Assembly (NCBI GenBank): GCA_963773445.1
Contig: CAVZAU010000005.1
Location: 280,944-344,943 of the forward strand
From: an uncultured Actinomycetes bacterium
GTDB taxonomy: Bacteria > Actinomycetota > Thermoleophilia > Solirubrobacterales > 70-9
Direction of reading: 5' to 3'
Length of the DNA stretch: 64,000 bases
Position numbers and translations under genes: made by a program. Below are positions 40,735 through 49,026 of this stretch, piece after piece. Below the pieces are notes generated by a model. It saw only the letters and a list, made by a program, of their open reading frames with translations. It was not told where the DNA came from and ran no database searches. Numbering within the stretch: the stretch's first letter is position 1; the number at the start of each line of letters is the position of its first letter.

Positions 40735-42224
40735 GGGGTTCCGGCGACCGCTCGGTTGCCGTCTCCACCGAGGAGCAGCGCCGGGCCAAGGTCGAGCGCC
40801 TGCGCGCGGAGGGGGTCGATCCCTACCCGCACGCGTTCCCGGGGCGGACGCACGTCGAGGAGATCGAAGCGAAGCACGACCCGGCCGAGCTGGGGGAGGG
40901 CGAGCACGAGGACTTCAGCTACCGGGTGATGGGCCGGGTCACCGGCAAGCGCGGGCACGGCAAGACGGCCTTCCTCGACGTCCGCGACATCACCGGCACG
41001 ATCCAGGCCTACGCGCGGCGCGACGCGCTGGGCGAGGAGGCGTTCGGGCGGGTCGAGGAGCTCGACATCGGCGACCTGGTCGGCGTCGAGGGGCCGCTGC
41101 ACGTGACCAAGCGCGGGCAGCTGGCGATCGGCGTGCGCGAGTGCACGCTGCTGGCAAAGGCGCTGAAAGACCCGCCGGACCTCTTTCACGGGATCTCCGA
41201 CCCGGATACGCGCTACCGCCAGCGCGAACTCGACCTGATGGCGAACGCCGACTCGCGGGAGATCTTCAAGAAGCGCGACGACCTGCTGTTCGCGATCCGC
41301 TGCCACATGCACGAGCGCGGCTGGGTCGAGCTGGAAACGCCGGTGCTGCAGCGGCTGACCGGCGGCGCCGCGGCGCGGCCGTTCGTCACCCATCACAACG
41401 CGCTCGACCGCGAGCTGTTCCTGCGGACGGCGACCGAGCTGTATCTGAAGCGGGCGATCGTCGGCGGCTTCGAGGACGTCTACGAGTTCGGCAAGTTCTT
41501 CCGCAACGAGGGAATGTCGCCGCAGCACAATCCCGAGTTCACGATGCTGGAGATGTTCGTCGGCGGCGCCGACTACAACGGCGTCATGGAGTTCATCGAG
41601 GTCCTGGTCGCGACCGTGGTCGAGAAGGTGATGGGGACGACGGTGGTGGAGCGCGACGGAGTCGAGATCGACTTCGCGGCGCCGTGGCCGCGGGTGCGGC
41701 TGCGCGACGAGCTGCTGCGGGAGATCGGGCTCGACATCTACGAGGCGAGCCGGGACGAGCTGGCCGAGGCGGCGGGGGACGCGGTCGACGAGAACGACGA
41801 CTGGGCCGGGGTGGTCGACACGCTGCAGGGCAAGTTCGTCGAGCCGAAGCTGATCCAGCCGACCTACATCATCGACCTGCCGGTCGACATCTGGCCGCTG
41901 GTCAAGGTCCACCCCGAGAGCCCGCGCATCTGCGAGGCCTTCGATGGCATCGTCGCCGGGATGGAGATCGTCGGCGGCGGGACCGACCTCAACGACCCGA
42001 TCGAGCAGCGCGAGCGCTTCATCAAGCAGCGCGAACGGCAGGAGAAAGGCGCCGAGCCCGATCCGCATCCACACGACGAAGAGTTCGTGCGGGCGCTCGA
42101 ATACGGGATGCCGCCGGCGAGCGGCTGCGGCCTGGGGATCGACCGGTTGCTGATGATCATGACCGGGGCGAAAACGCTTAGGGATGTGATCATCTACCCC
42201 GCGATGCGTGAGCAGAAGGACTAG
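40731..42224 (+). CDS. lysS: Lysine-tRNA ligase (class II)
   Basis: OB-fold N-domain, FRNEG (motif 2 region) and GLGIDRL (motif 3). The conserved N-terminus EEQRRAKVERLRAEGVDPYPHAF lies upstream of track GTG 40926, and the frame has no ATG/GTG/TTG back to the stop at 40704. The 5' end is placed at CTG 40731, overlapping the prmC TGA. Confidence 0.9.
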   Translation: MRGSGDRSVAVSTEEQRRAKVERLRAEGVDPYPHAFPGRTHVEEIEAKHDPAELGEGEHEDFSYRVMGRVTGKRGHGKTAFLDVRDITGTIQAYARRDALGEEAFGRVEELDIGDLVGVEGPLHVTKRGQLAIGVRECTLLAKALKDPPDLFHGISDPDTRYRQRELDLMANADSREIFKKRDDLLFAIRCHMHERGWVELETPVLQRLTGGAAARPFVTHHNALDRELFLRTATELYLKRAIVGGFEDVYEFGKFFRNEGMSPQHNPEFTMLEMFVGGADYNGVMEFIEVLVATVVEKVMGTTVVERDGVEIDFAAPWPRVRLRDELLREIGLDIYEASRDELAEAAGDAVDENDDWAGVVDTLQGKFVEPKLIQPTYIIDLPVDIWPLVKVHPESPRICEAFDGIVAGMEIVGGGTDLNDPIEQRERFIKQRERQEKGAEPDPHPHDEEFVRALEYGMPPASGCGLGIDRLLMIMTGAKTLRDVIIYPAMREQKD

Positions 42225-42235
42225 AACACTGCGCC

Positions 42236-43027
42236 ATGCCGCACCGTCGGCTTCGCGTCGTGCAGAGCACTGCCGCTTCGCCGCCGGCACGCCCTTGCTT
42301 GGTTCTACTCCTTCTGCTGCTGCTTCTTGCGCCAGCGGCAGCTGAGGCAAAGCCGTGGTACCCGGACGTGGCGGCGGCGCGGCACTACGCGCAGAGGCGG
42401 GCGGGGGAGGTCGCGTTTGCGGTGATCGACCAGCGCGGGCGCTTCCGCGGGTACCGGGTGGCGGACACGGCGCCGGCGGCGAGCGTCTTCAAGGTGATGC
42501 TGCTGGCCGCGCTGTTGCGCAAGCGGAACGAGCACCCGCTGCGGCGCAGCGACCGGCGGCTGCTGGCGCCGATGATCCGCTGGAGCGACAGCGTCGCGGC
42601 GACGCGGGTGCGGGACATGGTCGGCCCGCGGCGGATCCGCCGCCTGGCGCGCGTCGCCGGCATGCGGGACTTCCGCTACCGCTCCTGGTGGGGCCTCAGC
42701 CGGACCAGCCCCCGGGACCAGGTGCGGTTCATGGCCCACCTGCAGCGCTACGTCCCGAAGCGCCACCGGGCCTACGCGCGCGACCTGCTCTCGCACGTGG
42801 TGCCCCCGCAGCGGTGGGGCGTCGGCCGGGTCGTGCCGCGCGGCTGGAAGCTCTTCCTCAAGGGCGGCTGGGGGAGCGGCAGCGGCCGGGTCGACCACCA
42901 GGTGGCGCTGCTGAAGCATGGCCGGCGACGGGTCGCCCTGGCGATCTTCACCGAGTTCGACCCCAGTCACGCCTACGGGAAGCGGACGCTGCGCGGGGTC
43001 GCCGCGCGCCTACTACGCGGGCTCTGA
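42236..43027 (+). CDS. Secreted class-A beta-lactamase-like serine hydrolase
   Basis: Signal peptide with a poly-Leu core, plus ASVFKV (SxxK), WSDS (SDN-like) and KGGWG (KTG-like) motifs. Confidence 0.75.
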   Translation: MPHRRLRVVQSTAASPPARPCLVLLLLLLLLAPAAAEAKPWYPDVAAARHYAQRRAGEVAFAVIDQRGRFRGYRVADTAPAASVFKVMLLAALLRKRNEHPLRRSDRRLLAPMIRWSDSVAATRVRDMVGPRRIRRLARVAGMRDFRYRSWWGLSRTSPRDQVRFMAHLQRYVPKRHRAYARDLLSHVVPPQRWGVGRVVPRGWKLFLKGGWGSGSGRVDHQVALLKHGRRRVALAIFTEFDPSHAYGKRTLRGVAARLLRGL

Positions 43028-43031
43028 CCAC

Positions 43032-43076
43032 AGCGGTGGGAGTTATCGCTGTATAGCGGCGATAAGTCCCACCGCT
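43032..43076. terminator. Hairpin between convergent genes
   Basis: AGCGGTGGGAGTTATCGC (43032-43049) pairs with GCGATAAGTCCCACCGCT (43059-43076), an 18-bp stem with one mismatch. Confidence 0.45.
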
Positions 43077-43851
43077 ACACGGTCGAGCGCATCAAACCGC
43101 CGTCAATCGGGATCACGGCGCCCGTGATGTAGGCGGCGCGCTCGGAGCAGAGGAAGGCGACGAGGTCGCCGTACTCCTCGACCGTGCCGAGCCGTCCCGC
43201 CGGCACTTCCTCCCGGGCGGCTGCTTCGACCGGCTCGATCGAGCCGGCGAGCTCGGCCATGCGGTCGGTGGCGAAGCGGCCGGTGGCGACGTTGTTGACG
43301 GTGATCCCGTCGCCGGCGACCTCGCGCGCCAGCGTCTTCAGGAAGCCGACGGTTGCCATCCGGTGCGCGTTCGAGAGGCCGAGGGACGGGATGAGCTCGA
43401 TCGTCGTAGTCGAGCCGACGTTGACGATCCGCCCCCAGCCTTCGCCGCGCATCCCGGGGACGACGGCGCCGGCGAGCACCCGCGGCGCCAGGACCAGCGA
43501 GCGGTAGGCCTCCTCCCATTCCTCGAAGCCGTGGTCGAGGGCCCCGCCCGGCGGCGGCCCGCCCGTGTTCGTCACGAGGATGTCGACCGACCCCAGCTCC
43601 TCGGCGACCTCGAGCGGCAACCGCGCCAGCCCCTCCAGGTCCGTGGCGTCGGCGACGAAGGGAGTTCCGCCTCCGATCTCCGCCACCGCCTCCTCGAGCC
43701 GCCCCCGCGACCGGCTCGCCAGGGCGACCCGCGCCCCTTCCCGCGCCAGGGCGCCGGCGATCCCCCGCCCGATCCCCCGGCTCGCGCCCATCACCAAAGC
43801 GACCTTCCCCTCGATCCCAAGCTCCACCCCATGGACTCTAGCCGCGCTCAC
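43075..43851 (-). CDS. SDR family oxidoreductase
   Basis: 258 aa with GASRGIGRGIA Rossmann motif. Short-chain dehydrogenase length and layout. Confidence 0.9.
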   Translation of the reverse strand: MSAARVHGVELGIEGKVALVMGASRGIGRGIAGALAREGARVALASRSRGRLEEAVAEIGGGTPFVADATDLEGLARLPLEVAEELGSVDILVTNTGGPPPGGALDHGFEEWEEAYRSLVLAPRVLAGAVVPGMRGEGWGRIVNVGSTTTIELIPSLGLSNAHRMATVGFLKTLAREVAGDGITVNNVATGRFATDRMAELAGSIEPVEAAAREEVPAGRLGTVEEYGDLVAFLCSERAAYITGAVIPIDGGLMRSTV

Positions 43852-43890
43852 GATGCTCAGAACCCCTTGCGCGGGTATCGTTCCAGTCGA

Positions 43891-43986
43891 GCGCCCGTAG
43901 CTCAGTGGTCAACGGGTCCCTTCGGGGGCCCAAAGAGCGTCGGTCTTTCAAGCCGAAGGTCGCCGGTTCGAATCCGGTCGGGCGCA
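43891..43986 (+). tRNA. Atypical tRNA, anticodon UUC (Glu) by position, with an 18-nt hairpin inserted in the D-loop
   Basis: Hand-folded arms: acceptor GCGCCCG/CGGGCGC (7/7), D-stem GCTC/GAGC, anticodon arm TCGGT-CTTTCAA-GCCGA, T-arm GCCGG-TTCGAAT-CCGGT, discriminator A. The D-loop carries GGGTCCC-TTCG-GGGGCCC (43914-43931). 96 nt instead of ~76. Confidence 0.7.
43945..43962 (+). repeat. Direct repeat copy 1 (candidate attL core) inside the tRNA
   Basis: CTTTCAAGCCGAAGGTCG spans the anticodon loop to the variable loop. Identical to 49473-49490. Confidence 0.6.
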
Positions 43987-44150
43987 TTCTTTGGTGTTCC
44001 GCTTTGCACCGCGCGTTGCCAGGTGCAGAGCCAAGTCTTCGGTCTATCGTCGGATCGGCGTTCCGGTGGCGTCCTGGCGATTCCCCCGGGTTCCGGGGCG
44101 TCATGGTCTCATCTCGGTCTCATTTGTCCGCGCCGATTAGGGTCTCAGCG

Positions 44151-44348
44151 GTGCCGCCAGAGAAGGCCAAATCCCTCAAAGCTGTCCGCGCTGCGCAAAA
44201 GCAGTTCGAGCGCGACTCCTCTGCGGCTCAACGGGCACGCCGCAAAGCCTTCACCCAGGCTCAGAAAGAAGGGCTCTCTCTTCGCGAGATCGGCGAGGTG
44301 GTCGGCCTGCACCACACGCGCATCAGCCAAATCATCCGGGGAGAGTAG
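44151..44348 (+). CDS. Small HTH DNA-binding protein (sigma-70 region-4-like)
   Basis: C-terminal LSLREIGEVVGLHHTRISQIIRGE. Start is GTG 44151 or ATG 44103, both in frame in track ORF 43905..44348. Confidence 0.6.
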   Translation: MPPEKAKSLKAVRAAQKQFERDSSAAQRARRKAFTQAQKEGLSLREIGEVVGLHHTRISQIIRGE

Positions 44349-44437
44349 GGCGAGTTTGGAGAGTTTGACTCTCCAAAACTGCTAGCCTGCTGACATAAAA
44401 CAAAAAGCGCCCCCGCGCTGGTGGAACAGCCGGGGGC

Positions 44438-44755
44438 ATGGCACAGGAGGGGTTAGCTCCCATGCACGACAAGCCTAGAGGCGGCGGCGATGACGGCGCC
44501 GCGACCACCGCCGAATTGGACGCTCGCGACCAAGCGGCAGTTCTGAGACACGTCCTCTCGCTCCACCCGCAGACGCTTACGGAGCTTGAGTTGCTGAAGG
44601 AAATGACCGGGGGAGGGGAGGCGACCTTCGCCGACCGCGACCGGTACCGGCGAGCGGTCCGCGATCTCGCCGCAGGCGGCCTGCTCAGGCCGGAGGGAAG
44701 CCTGGTCGTCCCGACGAGAGCCGCCGTCCTCTTCCACGAGCTGGCCGAACTCTGA
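44438..44755 (+). CDS. Hypothetical small protein (possible winged-helix)
   Basis: 105-aa ORF, first gene of an overlapping three-gene set (TGATG junction with the next gene). No family recognised. Confidence 0.55.
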   Translation: MAQEGLAPMHDKPRGGGDDGAATTAELDARDQAAVLRHVLSLHPQTLTELELLKEMTGGGEATFADRDRYRRAVRDLAAGGLLRPEGSLVVPTRAAVLFHELAEL

Positions 44756-45042
44756 TGGACGGCAGAAGCGTGGACCGCGAGGTCGCCGGGCAGCTCGGAA
44801 GGAACGTGTGGCTGGCGCGTCGCCGCGCCGGCTTCTCCCAGGAAGCGCTCGGCGCCATCGCCTCGCTCCACCGCACCGAGATCGGGCTGATCGAGCATGG
44901 CCAACGACTGCCGCGCGTGGACACGCTGATGAGGCTCGCTGGAGCCCTCGACGTGCGCGTGGAAAGCCTGCTGGAGGGCATCGCCTGGATTGCGCCGGGT
45001 CCGAGCGCACGAGGCAGCTTCGTCGTCAGGAGGTTCGGATGA
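44755..45042 (+). CDS. XRE-family HTH transcriptional regulator
   Basis: GRNVWLARRRAGFSQEALGAIASLHRTEIGLIEHGQRLPRVDTLMRLAGAL is a classic Cro/C1-type HTH. Confidence 0.85.
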   Translation: MDGRSVDREVAGQLGRNVWLARRRAGFSQEALGAIASLHRTEIGLIEHGQRLPRVDTLMRLAGALDVRVESLLEGIAWIAPGPSARGSFVVRRFG

Positions 45043-45269
45043 ACCCCAAGAACCAGATGAACACCAAGCTCACGAGCGTCCGGCTTCCGAAGGACCTGGC
45101 CGACGAACTCGATGCCGTCGCCAGGGCGGACCACCTCCCGGTCTCAGAACTGGTCCGCGCGGCGCTCTACCGCTTCATCGCGGAACGACGCACCGAGCCC
45201 GACTTCAAGGAGCGACTGAAAGAGGTGCTTGAAGAAGACCGCAAGACCCTAGAGCGGCTGGCGACGTAA
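45039..45269 (+). CDS. Ribbon-helix-helix (CopG-like) protein
   Basis: TKLTSVRLPKDLADELDAVARADHLPVSELVRAALYRFI. ATG 45039 overlaps the upstream stop (ATGA). Confidence 0.85.
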   Translation: MNPKNQMNTKLTSVRLPKDLADELDAVARADHLPVSELVRAALYRFIAERRTEPDFKERLKEVLEEDRKTLERLAT

Positions 45270-45696
45270 GAGCGATCACTTCATGGATCGCGTCGCGCGG
45301 GGGGGAAGGAGGACCGCCCCCAGTCCCCGCCGACTTTCAAAGAACCCCGAGACCCGAATCAAAGACCCCGATCCAGCTCTGAGGATGCAACCACCGAGCC
45401 CGAACCTGATGCACGAAGCACAGACTCCCCACGAAGCTTCGCTACGGGCCTATGGCCCTACTCGAAGCCCCGACACACTACGAACCCTCCGGATTCGGCT
45501 ATTTCAAGCTGCCCTTCCCGCCCCTCCGGGCGGCCGATTTTGGCACGGCTTCGCCGTGCGGAGGCCGCCTTTAAGGAGGGCCGGGAGGGGTCTGACCTTC
45601 GGTCGGATTTCGATGCACACGCCGGTCTTGCCGGACAGAAGGGGCATGGCGGCAACTCACCCCGTGCAGATCGTCTTCTCCGGTGGCAAGGAGGGC

Positions 45697-45891
45697 ATGC
45701 AGACCAAAGCCAGCGACCCGACCTTCTTCACCGAGCGGACGCTTGCCGACTACCTGGCGGTCTCGGATCGGACCGTCCGCAACTGGATCAGACGCGGCGA
45801 GCTGCCCAGCTACAAGCTCGGCGCATCCAGACGGATTGACCCTGCCGACGTCGAGGACTTCCTCTTGCGCCACAGGGACGAGGCATCGTGA
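45697..45891 (+). CDS. xis: Excisionase-family (MerR-like HTH) DNA-binding protein
   Basis: TLADYLAVSDRTVRNWIRRGELPSYKLGASRRIDPADVEDFL. 4-nt overlap with the integrase start. Confidence 0.85.
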   Translation: MQTKASDPTFFTERTLADYLAVSDRTVRNWIRRGELPSYKLGASRRIDPADVEDFLLRHRDEAS

Positions 45892-46991
45892 GGCGCGACT
45901 CTCCCGTCAAGCGCCAAAACCCGTCCGGCCAGGTCGTGTGGGTCGCCAGGTACACCGGCCGCGACGGCAAACGCCATATCGCCAAGCCGACCTGGAACCG
46001 AGGCAAAGGAACCTTCGCCAGGAAAGGCGATGCGCAGAAAGCCATCGACGAGGCATACGGGCTCTCGGATCGTCCCGACACCCTCGGCGACTATGGCGCC
46101 ACCTGGACCGAGCGGCATCCGCGATCCGAGCGCACCAACGCGACGAACGACCACCGCATCAGCCGGGTTGCCGACGTCGAGATTGAGGGCATCCCGTTGA
46201 AGGACTGGTCGCTCCGCGAGCTGCGCCGTCGTCACACGCTCGCCCTGGTGGACCACATGTTGAGGACCGAAGGTCGAGCAACCACCGGAGCCGTGGGCAT
46301 CCTCCGCGCCCTCTCGGCGATGGCCGAGGACGCGATCACCGACGAAGTCTGCGACCTCAACCCGTTCAAGGGCGTCCGCATCCGAGCCAATGATCCGAGA
46401 GCGCAGAAGAAGCCAAGGCCGATCCGCGTCTTCAACTTCGAGGAGATGCACCGCTTCGGAAAAGCCGCCGGTCGCTACGAGGCGATGGTCCGCGTCTTCA
46501 CCGACTGCGGCCTCAGGCTGGGGGAGGTGCTGCCGCTGCGCCGAGAAGACTTCGACGGCGAGACCCTCCAAGTCCGCCGCACCGCCCACGAGGGTCAGAT
46601 TCTCGAAGGCACCAAGACCGACCACGGCGAGCCCGACGCGGGACGCATCGTCCCCGTGCCGGCGACCCTTGCCTGGATGCTCGAAGCTCAGATCAACCTC
46701 AACGGCGAGGGCTGCGAACTGCTCTTCACGACCCCGAGAGGCCGCCTCTGGCGTGAGCGCACCTTCTACCGCGACCTCTGGAAACCGACCCAGGAATCCT
46801 CCGGACTAGACATCCGCCCCCACGAGTGTCGCCACAGCTACATCACGCATCTACGGGCAGCTGGCGTTAACGACGCCGATTTGGCCGAGATTGCAGGGCA
46901 CCGGGTTGAGACGATGTTGGCCCGCTACACGCATGCGATGCATATGAGCCATCCGAGAATTCGGGAAGCAATCGAGCAAATCGACCCCTGA
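45888..46991 (+). CDS. int: Tyrosine-type site-specific integrase
   Basis: 367 aa. The C-terminal catalytic region has HECRHSYITHL (HxxR) and AGHRVETMLARYTH (His...Tyr). Confidence 0.95.
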   Translation: MRRDSPVKRQNPSGQVVWVARYTGRDGKRHIAKPTWNRGKGTFARKGDAQKAIDEAYGLSDRPDTLGDYGATWTERHPRSERTNATNDHRISRVADVEIEGIPLKDWSLRELRRRHTLALVDHMLRTEGRATTGAVGILRALSAMAEDAITDEVCDLNPFKGVRIRANDPRAQKKPRPIRVFNFEEMHRFGKAAGRYEAMVRVFTDCGLRLGEVLPLRREDFDGETLQVRRTAHEGQILEGTKTDHGEPDAGRIVPVPATLAWMLEAQINLNGEGCELLFTTPRGRLWRERTFYRDLWKPTQESSGLDIRPHECRHSYITHLRAAGVNDADLAEIAGHRVETMLARYTHAMHMSHPRIREAIEQIDP

Positions 46992-47010
46992 GCCGGCGAA
47001 CTTTCATGAG

Positions 47011-48471
47011 CTAAATGATTTCGGAAAATCGATCAGCCATATAGTCGAAGACGGCACTGGCTCCGTGCTCGTCATCTTCTTTTCGAGCTTCGACTAGATC
47101 CTGCAAATCATTGTCGTCTAGGACGATGACAAAGCCTCGATCATCGCTTGCCGTGTCGCGGCATTTCTGAATGAAACGCGGCTTGTCTTTGAAGCTCCGA
47201 CAGACCAAGAGACCGAAAGTGCCCCTCGCCTTGCTGAAGCGACCGGAAATCTGGTCAAGCGCGTCGTTTTTCAGATCACCTTTGTAGTTCTTGCACTCTA
47301 CGAAGCAGTAGGGCTGGGGCTTGTAGTTGGATTGTGCCCAGCCGAAGAAGCCGCCGATCCCGTTATTGGTGTATCGGATATCAACCCTCTTTCGACCCTG
47401 GTGCAGCTCCGACTCAATTCTGGGGGCCGAAAGCGATGGATAGAACATCGCCGTCAGAAATTTCTCTACCGCTCGATGGTAGTCGGACGCAGCGGCGCTT
47501 CCAGTTGGAACTTGAACCACCCTGGCGAGAAGCGAATCCCAATCCGGCGCAGGGGCCCCCGTTAGATTCTCAAGGTCGTCGTAGGAGAGCGGGGGGTCGC
47601 GAAATGCCTGTTTCGACTTGTCTTTCCTGTATTGCTCAAGAAGGCCAGGTTCTTCCAGCGTGGTTTCTTCGTTGGCGGGCTTGATAGCAGGGTTGACCCC
47701 AAAGTATTTCTTTTGCACGTCCTTCTTGTAGACGCGCTTTTCCCCGCTTTTAAGCGTATGGACGAGGTTAGTTCCCGCCGAAAGCTCGCGGTTCTGAAGC
47801 GCCTCCAGAATGTATCCACGGAAGTACTCGCCAGGGTTGAAATCCAGGCGCGTCCGCACGATCACTTTGGGGACGAGGATTAAAGGACCAACCGGCGTCA
47901 TCGGTAAGTGCCCATATTCTTCGGAGCTCCAAGCACCGGTGGCCGTGTCCCAAATATGCCCAGTGCCCACCTGCTCAATTGGAATGCCGTAATGCTCGGC
48001 CATCTCTTGCGTATAGTCGATGAGAGGTTGACGAATAATGTTGGTCGTAATGTCTGAGATGCGGTCTACATCGATCCCGTAGATCACCAGAGCAGTGTCC
48101 TCAAGATCCTTCAGTAGGCCAGTTTTGGCCGCCTCGCTCTTTCTCATTCGCTCCCAAACACGATCCACTAAGCCCGGCCCTAGACCGCTTCCCCGGGGGC
48201 GATCTGCCGAAAGGCCAAGGTGCGTCTCGTTCGGCTCTCGCAACCCTTCAAGGAGGTCAAGGCCCCGATCGCGGTCGTCGTTGCGAACTGCTTTCAGGAC
48301 CTGCTTGAAAAAATCCTGAAGCAGTCCTACGCAGCCTTCCGCCCACTCGCTTTCTATCCGGCGAATTGCACGCGGCTCTACAAATGCCCGGGTATCTCCT
48401 TCCAACTCAACATCGATGAAGTCGAGTGCCCCTTGGGACTGGTCGAGACCGAAATGCTCTGAGATTCGCAT
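47011..48471 (-). CDS. Hypothetical 486-aa protein: unrecognised N-terminal ~340 aa plus PD-(D/E)xK (Mrr/restriction-endonuclease-like) C-terminal domain
   Basis: The C-terminus has ...GRKRVDIRYTNNG... followed ~27 residues later by CFVECKNYKG (a D...ExK pattern). The gene sits in the lowest-G+C stretch of the window. Confidence 0.85.
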   Translation of the reverse strand: MRISEHFGLDQSQGALDFIDVELEGDTRAFVEPRAIRRIESEWAEGCVGLLQDFFKQVLKAVRNDDRDRGLDLLEGLREPNETHLGLSADRPRGSGLGPGLVDRVWERMRKSEAAKTGLLKDLEDTALVIYGIDVDRISDITTNIIRQPLIDYTQEMAEHYGIPIEQVGTGHIWDTATGAWSSEEYGHLPMTPVGPLILVPKVIVRTRLDFNPGEYFRGYILEALQNRELSAGTNLVHTLKSGEKRVYKKDVQKKYFGVNPAIKPANEETTLEEPGLLEQYRKDKSKQAFRDPPLSYDDLENLTGAPAPDWDSLLARVVQVPTGSAAASDYHRAVEKFLTAMFYPSLSAPRIESELHQGRKRVDIRYTNNGIGGFFGWAQSNYKPQPYCFVECKNYKGDLKNDALDQISGRFSKARGTFGLLVCRSFKDKPRFIQKCRDTASDDRGFVIVLDDNDLQDLVEARKEDDEHGASAVFDYMADRFSEII

Positions 48472-48708
48472 TCAAGCATCTTACTGTGCTGTGAATTATC
48501 TAGAATACTGCAAGTAATTTTACACGCGAGTTCTTCTTCCTAACACCATGTTGGTCATGGTCGCGCGCCTGAGAGTGGCGGGGCAAGGTCTAGCGAGTCG
48601 AGAATGGTGCGAATCGGCGAAAGTCGCGGCAGATTGGGGTCGCATGGTGTGAGTCTTTGGCGCGCGCCATTACCCGATTCGTTCAGTGGCCATTACGATT
48701 TCGGGGGC

Positions 48709-49026
48709 ATGCAGCTAGTTGATGAGACTTTGATCGCTGAGGCCGGGCGTCGCCTGGCAGCGGCTGCTCCTGACTCCCAGGTCATTTTGTTCGGCTCCCA
48801 CGCTCGTGGAGATGCGACTCCGCACAGCGATGTCGACTTCTTGGTCGTGGAGCCGGAGGTCGCTAACGAGGCTGAGGAGTCGGTTCGCCTTCATCGCACC
48901 CTGCGCGATCTGCGCCTGCCGGCCGATGTCATTGTCGTCAGCCGCGAGTACGCCGACCGGTGGCGAGAGGTGCGCGGCGGCGTTGTCCACGCTGCTCTTT
49001 CGCAGGGGCGGGTGCTGGCCGGATGA
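48709..49026 (+). CDS. MNT-type nucleotidyltransferase (antitoxin of HEPN/MNT module)
   Basis: LFGSHARGDATPHSDVDFLVV (GSx10-ish DxD). ATG 48709 is in frame in track ORF 48604..49026. Confidence 0.88.
   Translation: MQLVDETLIAEAGRRLAAAAPDSQVILFGSHARGDATPHSDVDFLVVEPEVANEAEESVRLHRTLRDLRLPADVIVVSREYADRWREVRGGVVHAALSQGRVLAG

Noticed and set aside
43838-44104. ORFs overlapping the atypical tRNA (43838..44104 -, 5' part of 43905..44348 +) and ORFs 58966..59349 / 58981..59322 overlapping tRNA-Val.
   Set aside because: They run through tRNA sequence and lack protein features. Only the 3' third of 43905..44348 (HTH protein) is kept.
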